In this document: positions 8,720 through 17,631 of the stretch, in pieces | Layout of the letters: each line of letters opens with the position of its first letter | How positions within the stretch are numbered: the stretch's first letter is position 1 | Assembly (NCBI GenBank): GCA_003144275.1 | Contig: NJBF01000015.1 | Location: 49,715-81,714 of the forward strand | Source: Candidatus Heimdallarchaeota archaeon B3_Heim | GTDB taxonomy: Archaea; Asgardarchaeota; Heimdallarchaeia; Hodarchaeales; Hodarchaeaceae | Direction of reading: 5' to 3' | Length of the DNA stretch: 32,000 nt | Position numbers and translations under genes: made by a program | Notes under the pieces: generated by a model | Database searches by the model: none | Told to the model about the DNA's origin: nothing | Seen by the model: only the letters and a program-made list of their open reading frames with translations

Positions 8720-10036
8720 ATGTTTCGAAAAAAGGATTATAGCAAACCAACAATTTTTTTCGGTTTATCCTCGTTCCAAATCCTTGCAATGTTTAGGAGA
8801 GGGTTGTTTTATACATATCTTTCAATATATTTACGAGAATTCCTTGGTTTAAGTGTTACCGAGACCACACTCTTTGCATCTTTACCAATGATTGTCAATT
8901 CAGCAAGTCAATTGTTTCTTTGGGGGATAATATCAGACAAGTATCAATTACGAAGAACGTTAGTTGTGATTGGTGAAATTTCAGCTGGTTTCAGTACTCT
9001 GCTTGTGTTCTTTGCTCATCGGATGGTATCAAATCCTCTTCTAGCTGGTTGGATCATCATCCTAGGGTTAAGTGGTGTTGAATTTTTTTGGAGTATGTCT
9101 AATACAGGATGGAGTGCTCTAATCTCAGACTTATACGAATATGAAACAAGGCAAGAAATTCAGGGACAACTATCGAGTGTTGGTGGAGTCGGTAGGATTA
9201 TCGGAATTTTAATAGGAGGAGCCCTTTACGATGGTCTGACACAGTTATATCCAGGGTGGGGTTTTTATGAAGGGCCATTATTTTTTATTGCTGCTTTAGT
9301 AATGTTTATTTCCACGATTCCGATGTTGTTTATTCCAGAGGGTGGAGTAAGCGAAAAAAAACAGAATGAAACTACTGCTTCGTCTTCAATATCAAAATTT
9401 AAGAGAACACCACATAAACAAACGAGAGGAGTTTTCATCATATTTTTAATTGCCATGGTATTTATTAATTTTGGGCGGAACTCATTAGCAGTAATATTTT
9501 CTCCATATATGGTTTTAGACTCTGGTTTCAATTTGGATTATGGAGAATTAAGTATTCTCTTAAATTTCCAATCAGTGGGAATCATAATTGTTGGGTTGCT
9601 TGTAGGAAAGTTGGGTTCCAAAATTGGTGATGGTCTCTCAACATTAGTAGGTGCAGGAATGGCAATAGCTGCATTGGCACTTATTACCTTCGCTACTTTT
9701 CTTCCTTTAATTTATGTAGCTAGTGCATTAAGAGGAGTAGGAGATGTAATTGTGACGGCCTCTTCGTACGCTTTTGTTTCCGAATTGATACCACCTGAAC
9801 GACGTGCGAAAGGATTTAGTATATTTAATACAACTTTTTTTCTAAGTTGGGGGTTAGCTGGAACATTGTTAACTGGTCCGATTATCGACACTCAAATTTT
9901 ATCTGGAGTCCCAGAGGTATTAGCCTATAGATATGCGTTTTTTGCAGCCACAATTATGCTTGTGATTGGGGTGATAATTTTCAGTGGACTTCTCATGAAA
10001 GTCAGAAACAAGAGGAGAAAAAAGGATAATCTGTAA
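8720..10036 (+). CDS. MFS transporter
   Basis: About 12 hydrophobic segments, motif-A-like WGIISDKYQLRR, and VSELIPPERRAKGF in the second half. Confidence 0.92.
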   Translation: MFRKKDYSKPTIFFGLSSFQILAMFRRGLFYTYLSIYLREFLGLSVTETTLFASLPMIVNSASQLFLWGIISDKYQLRRTLVVIGEISAGFSTLLVFFAHRMVSNPLLAGWIIILGLSGVEFFWSMSNTGWSALISDLYEYETRQEIQGQLSSVGGVGRIIGILIGGALYDGLTQLYPGWGFYEGPLFFIAALVMFISTIPMLFIPEGGVSEKKQNETTASSSISKFKRTPHKQTRGVFIIFLIAMVFINFGRNSLAVIFSPYMVLDSGFNLDYGELSILLNFQSVGIIIVGLLVGKLGSKIGDGLSTLVGAGMAIAALALITFATFLPLIYVASALRGVGDVIVTASSYAFVSELIPPERRAKGFSIFNTTFFLSWGLAGTLLTGPIIDTQILSGVPEVLAYRYAFFAATIMLVIGVIIFSGLLMKVRNKRRKKDNL

Positions 10037-10090
10037 ATGTTATGTCAATATTGTGATAACTTATCGGAATAGCAATTATTACTATTTCAA

Positions 10091-10417
10091 ATGAAGGAAT
10101 TTTCTCTAAAATCAATAACCAATTCAGATCGAACGCCACTTTATACATATTTACCTGGTCAAACGTTTTCATTTGCCGCGAAGTTCTCACATATACCTGA
10201 TAAATACCACTTACAAATCCTTGATCGGAAAGAAAATACTAGACTCAACAGATATGGGAAAGGTTCTGACAAAGGTATTGAATTTCAATGGCCAATTCCT
10301 AAATTACTGAGAGATAGGCATTTAGGGTTTTGGCAGATCTATATTGAATCAGACAGTGAAAATTTCCAATTATTCTTCGAAGTAAAGAATCCTGCGACGT
10401 TCTTTTCAGGAGAATAA
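10091..10417 (+). CDS. Stand-alone Ig-like (MG2-like) domain protein, paralogue of the N-terminus of the next gene
   Basis: Shares LQILD.K.N.R.NRYG.G and WPIP...RD.HLG.WQ with the N-terminus of 10433..11860. DRTPLYTYLPGQTF resembles the macroglobulin MG2 start motif. Confidence 0.75.
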   Translation: MKEFSLKSITNSDRTPLYTYLPGQTFSFAAKFSHIPDKYHLQILDRKENTRLNRYGKGSDKGIEFQWPIPKLLRDRHLGFWQIYIESDSENFQLFFEVKNPATFFSGE

Positions 10418-10432
10418 TTCGAACTTCTTCCT

Positions 10433-11860
10433 GTGTCTGTCGATATCTTTAAGTGTATAGCACTAAAGATCGTGTATGAAATGCCTACAATTTGTATCTG
10501 CTTAGCCAATGATCCAATTCTAAGTGTCTTCGCTTTTAAGCCTGGTGAAAAAATTAATATTCACGTTGCGTTTGAAAGTGAGCAGATACCAGGACGATAT
10601 CGTCTACAAATTCTAGATCATAAGAAAAATTCACGTATGAATCGATATGGAATAGGTTTAACTGACATAGTGGTTGACAACTGGCCAATCCCAGTATCTA
10701 TACGGGATGATCATCTAGGGATTTGGCAAGTTAAGGTAGACGGTATGAACAGTGTGAAAGAAGTACGATCACTTGGAGAAGAAGGCCAAAAGGGTATATC
10801 TTTTAGCCAAATTTTTTTTGTAGAAAAAACAGAAAGGGTAGAATATCCTTTACTCGGTGGAGATATAATATATCAACTTCCAGAAATTCTTCCGATAGTA
10901 GAAGAAGAAATTATTGGTATTAGTGATCCCGTTGTTTCTGTTGTCGCATTAAAGGAAGAAAAGGTCGAAATTCCCACACCAACTAGCGATTTTAAGGCTG
11001 AAATTCCTATCACAGAAGTTCGTGGTATTGGAAAGACATATACTGGTCGATTAGCCCAAATAAAAGTTATTACTGTCTCGGATTTATGGAATTACAGAGA
11101 CCGCATCAATTTAGCTGAAATTATGAGAATTAACGATAAGAGACTTGAGAAGATGCTACAGGATGCAGAACTTCTCCTTAGTGAAAAAGCTGACGAAGTA
11201 AGCAGGATTGAGGTAGAGAAAGAGCTGGAATTTGTTCCTGATGATTTAAGAATGGTTAAAGGAATCACTACCTCACATATCAACCAACTAAAGCGAATTG
11301 GTGTGAAATCAAAGACTAATTTGTTAGATTTCCAGGATATCACACTTCTCAAAGGCACGCTTCGAGTGTCAACAACTGAGCTAAGTAAAATGTTAGCCTC
11401 CATAGGTCGGATAATTGAACCTGAAAGTGTTCGAAAACAAGAACCAGTAAAACCATTGGATCAACCAGTGACTGTGCTCAAAGGGATTGGTAAGGTAACT
11501 GCAGGAAAGCTGCAATCAGTGGGGATTTTAACCGTACAAGACCTACTTAATTCATCAGTTGAAGATCTTGGTGGGTTTGCAACAAAGAAAACATATCATA
11601 AATGGAAACAAAATGCCTCACACTATGCACAATTCCCATTAACTGATGATTCAGAAGTTGATGATAAAAGTAAAATACCCGACGAACTGCTATCACTCCC
11701 AGGCATAGGCCCAAAGACTGTAGGAAAATTGCATACACTAAAAATATTTACTTTACTTGATCTTATAGTTTTTGAAGAGTCTGAACGTCTAAGGAAAGTT
11801 TTAAGGATGTCAGAGTCGCGTTTCACAGCGTTCATGGAAAAATTATCCTCTAATGGTTGA
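10433..11860 (+). CDS. MG2-like Ig domain fused to four helix-hairpin-helix modules (HhH_5/DUF4332-like)
   Basis: Four modules: EVRGIGKTYTGRL, MVKGITTSHINQL, VLKGIGKVTAGKL and SLPGIGPKTVGKL, each followed by a (G)I.T..DL-like segment. Likely start 10481. Confidence 0.8.
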   Translation: MSVDIFKCIALKIVYEMPTICICLANDPILSVFAFKPGEKINIHVAFESEQIPGRYRLQILDHKKNSRMNRYGIGLTDIVVDNWPIPVSIRDDHLGIWQVKVDGMNSVKEVRSLGEEGQKGISFSQIFFVEKTERVEYPLLGGDIIYQLPEILPIVEEEIIGISDPVVSVVALKEEKVEIPTPTSDFKAEIPITEVRGIGKTYTGRLAQIKVITVSDLWNYRDRINLAEIMRINDKRLEKMLQDAELLLSEKADEVSRIEVEKELEFVPDDLRMVKGITTSHINQLKRIGVKSKTNLLDFQDITLLKGTLRVSTTELSKMLASIGRIIEPESVRKQEPVKPLDQPVTVLKGIGKVTAGKLQSVGILTVQDLLNSSVEDLGGFATKKTYHKWKQNASHYAQFPLTDDSEVDDKSKIPDELLSLPGIGPKTVGKLHTLKIFTLLDLIVFEESERLRKVLRMSESRFTAFMEKLSSNG

Positions 11861-12127
11861 TCAAATTTGCCAATAACGATATTCGGGTGTGTTGTTATTT
11901 TTGTCGGTATGAAATTATAAAATAAGACATCTTCCTCAAGTGATTCACCTATACATCATAAGTAATTAATTGCATTAATCGTGCGAGGGTAAGAATAAAC
12001 GACAAATTTTTTTACTTATAATTAATTGAAAGAGCGCTTGATTAAAGATTATACAATCATTGTTTGTTCACATCTGGTAAACTGAGTGGACAATCTGTAC
12101 GACTTACAATAATAAAAAAATGAAAAG

Positions 12128-14347
12128 GTGACATCAAAATTGTCATATGACCAATATAGAAATAGTAGCAAAGATGAAAAAATTGGTGCAATAAAAACTC
12201 TTGAAAGACAGCAAAATAAGAGTGCGTTGCACGCATTATTTGAATTTGCTCTGAAAGATCAGGACAAGGATGTACGTAAAGCCGCGATAGATTCTATTGT
12301 AGTTTTAAACGATCCTGAAGCAGTCTCTGTATTACAGAGAATTCAACAAGATGATAGAGATCGTGGAGCTCGAAATAAAGCCAAAGACGGAGCTAATAAG
12401 ATTCAGCAATTTGGAAGGCCTTTAGGTGAAAGTGAATTTTCAGAAGAAGATGAAGAAAGGGCTGCTGATGATTATCGTGCTCTAGATGAATCAGAAAAAG
12501 GACAGGCCGGCTTATACGTAAAAATTCAAGAAACCCTTCAATATCGAATCGATAGAGATAATAATCTTGTAGATGAAGAAGGTGAACAAATTGACGGACT
12601 TGTTGGTACTGGAAAGCTTGAAATCGCCAATACAGGTAGTAAAGACAGGATTTGGGCGGTTGACGCGGTTTTAGAAGGTGTAGATGAGGTCACTTTCGAA
12701 GCAGACGAAGAACAGGGTACAGCAGTATTTGGTAACTCGTTTGCTCTAAAAGAATTAGATCCAAAGTCATCCAAGTATGTTCCGTTTGAGTTTCAAGTTG
12801 AAGCTCCAAAGCTAACTGTCAAAGAAGATTTTTGGGATTTAGAAAAAGAGGATTCACCTCCGCTATTCACAAGGGGTGAAGAATCTGGTATGAAATTCAC
12901 CTTACAACTGACAAACGAATTTGATTATCCTCTAAGTGATGTGGTTGTTAAAAAGTACATTTTGGATGATGCAACTAATGTAGGGGACTTTGATGCTAGT
13001 GTAGGAAAATTAAATCAAAGCTCAGATGACGATGGAAGTCATGTTCTCTGGGAAATTGAAGAAATTGAGGCTGGTGACACGGTAGAAGCAAGCTGTGTGA
13101 TGAAGGTTACGTTACCTGAAGAAGGAAATGATCCATACCTCATTGGTGATACAAAAACCACCTACAAAGTTGTAGAAAAAAGTCTTTCTGGTTTGGACAT
13201 GGATACTGTCACAGGCAGTTCATCTGTTTTTCAATTCATCTCACGTGAGGAACAAGAAGAAAATCCTGGTGATTTTGATTGTTTGTTTGAGCTAGAGAAC
13301 ACTTCTGAATTCGAAATGGATCTGAAAGAAGTTAAAATCTATGAAGGGCCTCTTGATGAAGGAAACATTCGTGTCGAGTGGCTTGGAAAAGACTTTCCTG
13401 AAGAAGAACGATCTATTGATCCTGGTGAGACTTTCTCTCTTGATCCTTGGACAATAACGGTCGAAGATGACAACATGATTCCCCAGTTTGGGAGAGAACT
13501 TGATCTAAGTGTCAAATATATCTATGATGCTGAAGTTGTTGCTGAATGTGTATTACCTGGATATGCGTTACCATTCATGGGTATTGAAGTGACAAAGACA
13601 TACGATCCTCTCGAAATACCATCATTCAGAAGAACAGAAGTCATATCTGAACAAGTCGTAAAATCAATCGGTAGTACAGAGATTATGTATCTACAGCTGC
13701 AAGAAGCTCTTCCTGAAGGTTTTGAAGGCCCTGAACGAGATCAAATAGAAGTTTTGAAAGAAGGTGAGCAGCTTGAAGACTTTAATTTTGATGTCTCTGA
13801 TGGTAGCGTTGTAATTACGATGGAACACTTGGAAGAAACAGAGTTCGGTCCTCTTGCGCAAGATGAAGAAATTCTTGTAAAATATCCAATCTACGCCACA
13901 GCTAAACCTGAAGAAGAGTTCACAGGAACGGTTACAGCGTTAGGGAATATGTATCCAGAAGTAAAACCCATTTCTGCAGAAGCTGAAGCTGGCCCTATTA
14001 CCGTCGTACATCAACGAAGAAAGCTAAAAATTGGTAAAATGGTATCTTCAACCTCCTCAGAGGAAGCTAATGAATACGAAGTAGTTCTTCGAGGTGTTAA
14101 CGATGGAACTGCAGTCATTCAAAATGTTGAAATCACAGATTTCCTACCTCAAGGGTTTGAGTTAGCAGGAGAGACCCATGAGGATCCCGAAGTTGGTTTT
14201 GAAGAACATTCTTCAGTGAATAATGGACAAGCTATGAAATGGATTTTTGAAGAAGTCCAACCAGATCAGAAAGTTGAAATTCGGTTTAAAATCAGAGCAC
14301 CTGGAGAACATGATCCTCACGAAGTTTATAGAATGCTTCTTGGGTAA
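12128..14347 (+). CDS. Acidic cytosolic protein: HEAT repeats + mu-homology-like domain + further Ig/DUF11-like beta-sandwiches (adaptin/coatomer-like)
   Basis: HEAT-like ALHALFEFALKDQDKDVRKAAIDSIVVL and AVSVLQRIQQDDRDRGARNKA. Residues ~128-365 follow the AP-mu/delta-COP strand order. C-terminal VEITDFLPQGFEL...KWIFEEVQPDQKVEIRF is DUF11-like. No signal peptide or TM is visible. The CDS itself is certain; the domain call is inference. Confidence 0.7.
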   Translation: MTSKLSYDQYRNSSKDEKIGAIKTLERQQNKSALHALFEFALKDQDKDVRKAAIDSIVVLNDPEAVSVLQRIQQDDRDRGARNKAKDGANKIQQFGRPLGESEFSEEDEERAADDYRALDESEKGQAGLYVKIQETLQYRIDRDNNLVDEEGEQIDGLVGTGKLEIANTGSKDRIWAVDAVLEGVDEVTFEADEEQGTAVFGNSFALKELDPKSSKYVPFEFQVEAPKLTVKEDFWDLEKEDSPPLFTRGEESGMKFTLQLTNEFDYPLSDVVVKKYILDDATNVGDFDASVGKLNQSSDDDGSHVLWEIEEIEAGDTVEASCVMKVTLPEEGNDPYLIGDTKTTYKVVEKSLSGLDMDTVTGSSSVFQFISREEQEENPGDFDCLFELENTSEFEMDLKEVKIYEGPLDEGNIRVEWLGKDFPEEERSIDPGETFSLDPWTITVEDDNMIPQFGRELDLSVKYIYDAEVVAECVLPGYALPFMGIEVTKTYDPLEIPSFRRTEVISEQVVKSIGSTEIMYLQLQEALPEGFEGPERDQIEVLKEGEQLEDFNFDVSDGSVVITMEHLEETEFGPLAQDEEILVKYPIYATAKPEEEFTGTVTALGNMYPEVKPISAEAEAGPITVVHQRRKLKIGKMVSSTSSEEANEYEVVLRGVNDGTAVIQNVEITDFLPQGFELAGETHEDPEVGFEEHSSVNNGQAMKWIFEEVQPDQKVEIRFKIRAPGEHDPHEVYRMLLG

Positions 14348-14360
14348 TCAAAATAACTCT

Positions 14361-14380
14361 CCTTTCTTTTTTCTTTTTTT
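14361..14380 (+). terminator. T-rich archaeal intrinsic terminator
   Basis: cctttcttttttcttttttt 13 nt after the stop at 14347. Confidence 0.6.
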
Positions 14381-14483
14381 AATACTTTCTCTCGGATTTT
14401 CTTGTATAATGTAATTTCTGAATGTCAACATTTTTGAATTAGATTCAATTCAGCTGAAAGTATTATTACTTGAGGACTTACAA

Positions 14484-15224
14484 TTGGCTCAACCAGTAGT
14501 TTTTTCAGAGATTAAACAGCTTTTAAAAGATGAAAATGATTTACAACCCTTTATAACAGAATTAGAGCATTCGAAAAAGGCGTTATTTTTCTATTGGGCA
14601 TTGGATTCATTAGAGAATGATTTAGATAATTCAACATTAGAAAATAATAGAAATTTGTTGAAAAGTATTCAAGATAAGGTATGTGCAGCGCCAAACCTTG
14701 AATCAAGTTTGAAATCCTATTCCCCTGGTTTTGTCCTGGGTCTTCTGGAATTTAGTATTCGATCTATTGAAGCTAATATTGAAACGCATTTAGAATATCA
14801 AAATTTAGTTGCTAAGATTGAAACGTGGGTGAAAATTGGTTTTTCCAATCCAGATATGGAGAAACACTATTTAGAGACAATTCGGGGGATTCATGAAATT
14901 CGAGATTGGCAAAAGATGAAATCAGAGGAATACTATCCGATTGTGTTCCAATTAATTAATTCTTCTCGGTATCAGAGATCAGATAAGCAGATACTAAAGT
15001 TTTTACAAAAAAGAGCCAATGATGATAAGATCATATTCTATCTACTTTCACAACTCTTGAGAACTAATCCAGTACTCCATAATAAAGTATTAACTTTATG
15101 TGAAGAAAAGAGTATATCATTTGAGGAAATTAAGGAGAAACTTGTCCGTGTAATGCTCCTCTTAGGTGAGGAAACCACTGATCCTAAGGTGGGACAATAC
15201 ATCAAATTATTTCTGAAAAAGTAG
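14484..15224 (+). CDS. Hypothetical, predominantly alpha-helical protein (246 aa)
   Basis: Long ORF with a TTG start preceded by GAGG and an amphipathic helical pattern. No family recognised. Confidence 0.8.
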   Translation: MAQPVVFSEIKQLLKDENDLQPFITELEHSKKALFFYWALDSLENDLDNSTLENNRNLLKSIQDKVCAAPNLESSLKSYSPGFVLGLLEFSIRSIEANIETHLEYQNLVAKIETWVKIGFSNPDMEKHYLETIRGIHEIRDWQKMKSEEYYPIVFQLINSSRYQRSDKQILKFLQKRANDDKIIFYLLSQLLRTNPVLHNKVLTLCEEKSISFEEIKEKLVRVMLLLGEETTDPKVGQYIKLFLKK

Positions 15225-15258
15225 TCTTAAAGTAATTAAATGGGATGTTGGAATAACC

Positions 15259-15705
15259 TTGAAGATTTATTTGTCAGGTGCAATACGTGGAGGTAGGCAG
15301 CTTCAGAAAACTTACCAAATTATTCTGGATTTCTTACAAAAGAATAATCATGAAGTACTTACTCACCATGTGGCTTCACAAGATGTGCTGGAGATCGAAA
15401 ATTCATTAAGCGAAGTTGATATTTTCACCAAGGATGAGAACTGGTTGAATGAATGTGATTGTGTAATTGCTGAGGTATCAGTTCCAAGTTTAGGTGTAGG
15501 GTATGAAATTGCGTATGCATTATGCATAAAAAAACCCGTCATGGCAATATTTGGTAAAAAATTTGAACCAATATCGGCTATGATAGCTGGAAATACATCT
15601 CCTTTACTTGTAGTAGAGAAATACTCCTCCCATTCACAATTAATAAGCTTTCTTGCACCTTTTCTTGATAAAATCCAAAGTTCGACACGAATTGCGCTTG
15701 AGTAG
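15259..15705 (+). CDS. 2'-deoxynucleoside 5'-phosphate N-hydrolase (DNPH1/Rcl), nucleoside deoxyribosyltransferase fold
   Basis: KIYLSGAIRGGR, EVLTHHV, IFTKDENWLNECDCVIAEVSVPSLGVGYEIAYA match DNPH1/Rcl motifs. Confidence 0.9.
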   Translation: MKIYLSGAIRGGRQLQKTYQIILDFLQKNNHEVLTHHVASQDVLEIENSLSEVDIFTKDENWLNECDCVIAEVSVPSLGVGYEIAYALCIKKPVMAIFGKKFEPISAMIAGNTSPLLVVEKYSSHSQLISFLAPFLDKIQSSTRIALE

Positions 15706-15751
15706 GTTTATCTTTTAAGAAGAAAATGTCTCTCAGTTCTTTCAGGAAAAT

Positions 15752-16402
15752 CTAATTTTCTACTCTAATTTCCTCTTTGGTAAACTTTCTAACTAAAGGA
15801 CGAATACTGAGACCTATAAAGATCAGCAGGACATCCAATCCAACTATACTCACTAAAAAGAAAGAGAACATTGGCTGAATCGTGGGAAGCTGGGCAAGTG
15901 TTGGAGGAGTGAGTGAAAGGAATCCAAAAAAGTCCATAAAATCGTTGAAAAGTGTTAAAAAGATAACGAAGATTGTCGTCTTAGTAATTTGTAAATTTCT
16001 TAAGAAAGGAAGGATAAGTAGAGCTTGAAGCAGCAATATTGTATGTCCTAGAATAACAATCTCTGTATCTAATGATGAAAAATTTGCAACAATTAGGTAA
16101 GTAAATATTGCTCCCCTAACCCCTTGAATAAATACCAACAAGTTGTAATTCAAATATCGCTGCCGATCTACTTGAAAGTAAAACCCAATTAGAAGAAAAA
16201 CAGCCATAGGACAATCAGGAATTAATATCCACAAGTATGGAGGGAAATCAGCTATTGGTATGACATCGATATAATATTGAAATCCAATAATGGCACCAAG
16301 CAAATTTCCAATGATTAAGAGTGTTATTATCCACTTATTGCCTAATATACGTCTTTCATGCTTTTCTAAGGAATTTATCATCCCATTTATAATTGCGGTC
16401 AT
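15752..16402 (-). CDS. DUF1405-like integral membrane protein
   Basis: Multi-TM protein with IGNLLGAIIGFQYY, ILIPDCPMAVFL (family PD(S/C)P motif) and NDFMDF. Confidence 0.75.
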   Translation of the reverse strand: MTAIINGMINSLEKHERRILGNKWIITLLIIGNLLGAIIGFQYYIDVIPIADFPPYLWILIPDCPMAVFLLIGFYFQVDRQRYLNYNLLVFIQGVRGAIFTYLIVANFSSLDTEIVILGHTILLLQALLILPFLRNLQITKTTIFVIFLTLFNDFMDFFGFLSLTPPTLAQLPTIQPMFSFFLVSIVGLDVLLIFIGLSIRPLVRKFTKEEIRVEN

Positions 16403-16523
16403 TCGTGTGCACTTAGATAACCATTTATTAAAACACTCTTCTAAACGAGAAATAACATCAACTTCTTATATCATGATCACCCAGCAAGTAATGAAATTCT
16501 GAATAAAATCGAGTTGAAATAAA

Positions 16524-17615
16524 TTGGATAGAGATGTGCTTTTCTGTGTTTTTACGAAACAAAAACAGGCTGTACCTATTTTTTATACAAAACATAACCT
16601 TTCAGATTCTGAAGTCGCCCAAGTTGCGTTAAAATCGACAATGCCATTATCAATGATGACTAGTTCCGAATTAGATAATACAGAGGCGATATTACCATTC
16701 TCAGGCCTTGCTGAAAAACGAATTGGATTTATCTTTTTATTCCAAATCAATCAAAATGATCCTGTGACCCCTCATTGTGTTGCCGCTCTTATTTATCTAA
16801 TGCCTCACGAGCAGCAAGCATTTCTATATTCTAAGATTCCATTCCTCAAACACACCGCAGAAGATATTGCCTCAAAGATTAAACAACAATATATATACGG
16901 AGAGAGAAAACTTCTTTCAAATGAGTTACAATCCTCGGTCAATAATTGGTTAGTTACTGATAAAGATACAACTACACATGTACAAATTATTGAAAAGAGG
17001 GTAACCTACTCAGAGAGAACAGATGAAGGGAATCTCGATTTCTTATTTTCTCAGATAAAAAAGAATGATGATAAATTGCTAGGTGCGATTTACCGGGGGA
17101 ATCCAGTTTTAGTAACAGGTGAATCACAAGTAATGATAGATCTTATAGTCCATAGTATAGATCTTCTCATTCCTCAAATTATTCTTCGGAAGGTCAGCTT
17201 CACAGACGACGTTCTTGATCCAAAACAAGCAGATATTATGGGTATCTCAAAGAATCTTGTAAAGCGCTATCCACAAGAGCTACAGATTGATAGTGATAAA
17301 AAACAAGTAAAAAATGGACAAACGTGTAACTACTCTAAGGAAGTCCTGAAGCAGATAAAAAAAGAACCCAATCGGGCAGAAAACATACTTACACAGGCAT
17401 ATACTCAAATTTTAGAAGTAGCTAATTTGCTGATAGATGTATTCACATATCCCGAAGAAGAACGGGAGCAGTTAATTGTTAACGTTCGCAACCAGCATGA
17501 TGAGACACTTATTGAAGTGGCAGTGGACCTTGCAGCCAAAAGAAATCCCTTGATCCGTGAATTACTCTTTCAGCAAGTATCCTCAAGATTTATGGATTGG
17601 ATGGATGGTTTTTAA
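16524..17615 (+). CDS. DENN-like protein (uDENN longin + cDENN alpha/beta + helical tail)
   Basis: N-terminal longin pattern (VLFCVF..AVPIF...EVAQVALKS...GFIFLF...AALIYL). Central FLFSQIKKNDDKLLGAIYRGNPVLVTGESQVMIDLIVHSIDLLIP resembles the cDENN core. Confidence 0.65.
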   Translation: MDRDVLFCVFTKQKQAVPIFYTKHNLSDSEVAQVALKSTMPLSMMTSSELDNTEAILPFSGLAEKRIGFIFLFQINQNDPVTPHCVAALIYLMPHEQQAFLYSKIPFLKHTAEDIASKIKQQYIYGERKLLSNELQSSVNNWLVTDKDTTTHVQIIEKRVTYSERTDEGNLDFLFSQIKKNDDKLLGAIYRGNPVLVTGESQVMIDLIVHSIDLLIPQIILRKVSFTDDVLDPKQADIMGISKNLVKRYPQELQIDSDKKQVKNGQTCNYSKEVLKQIKKEPNRAENILTQAYTQILEVANLLIDVFTYPEEEREQLIVNVRNQHDETLIEVAVDLAAKRNPLIRELLFQQVSSRFMDWMDGF

Positions 17616-17631
17616 AAAAAAGGGATGGTGG

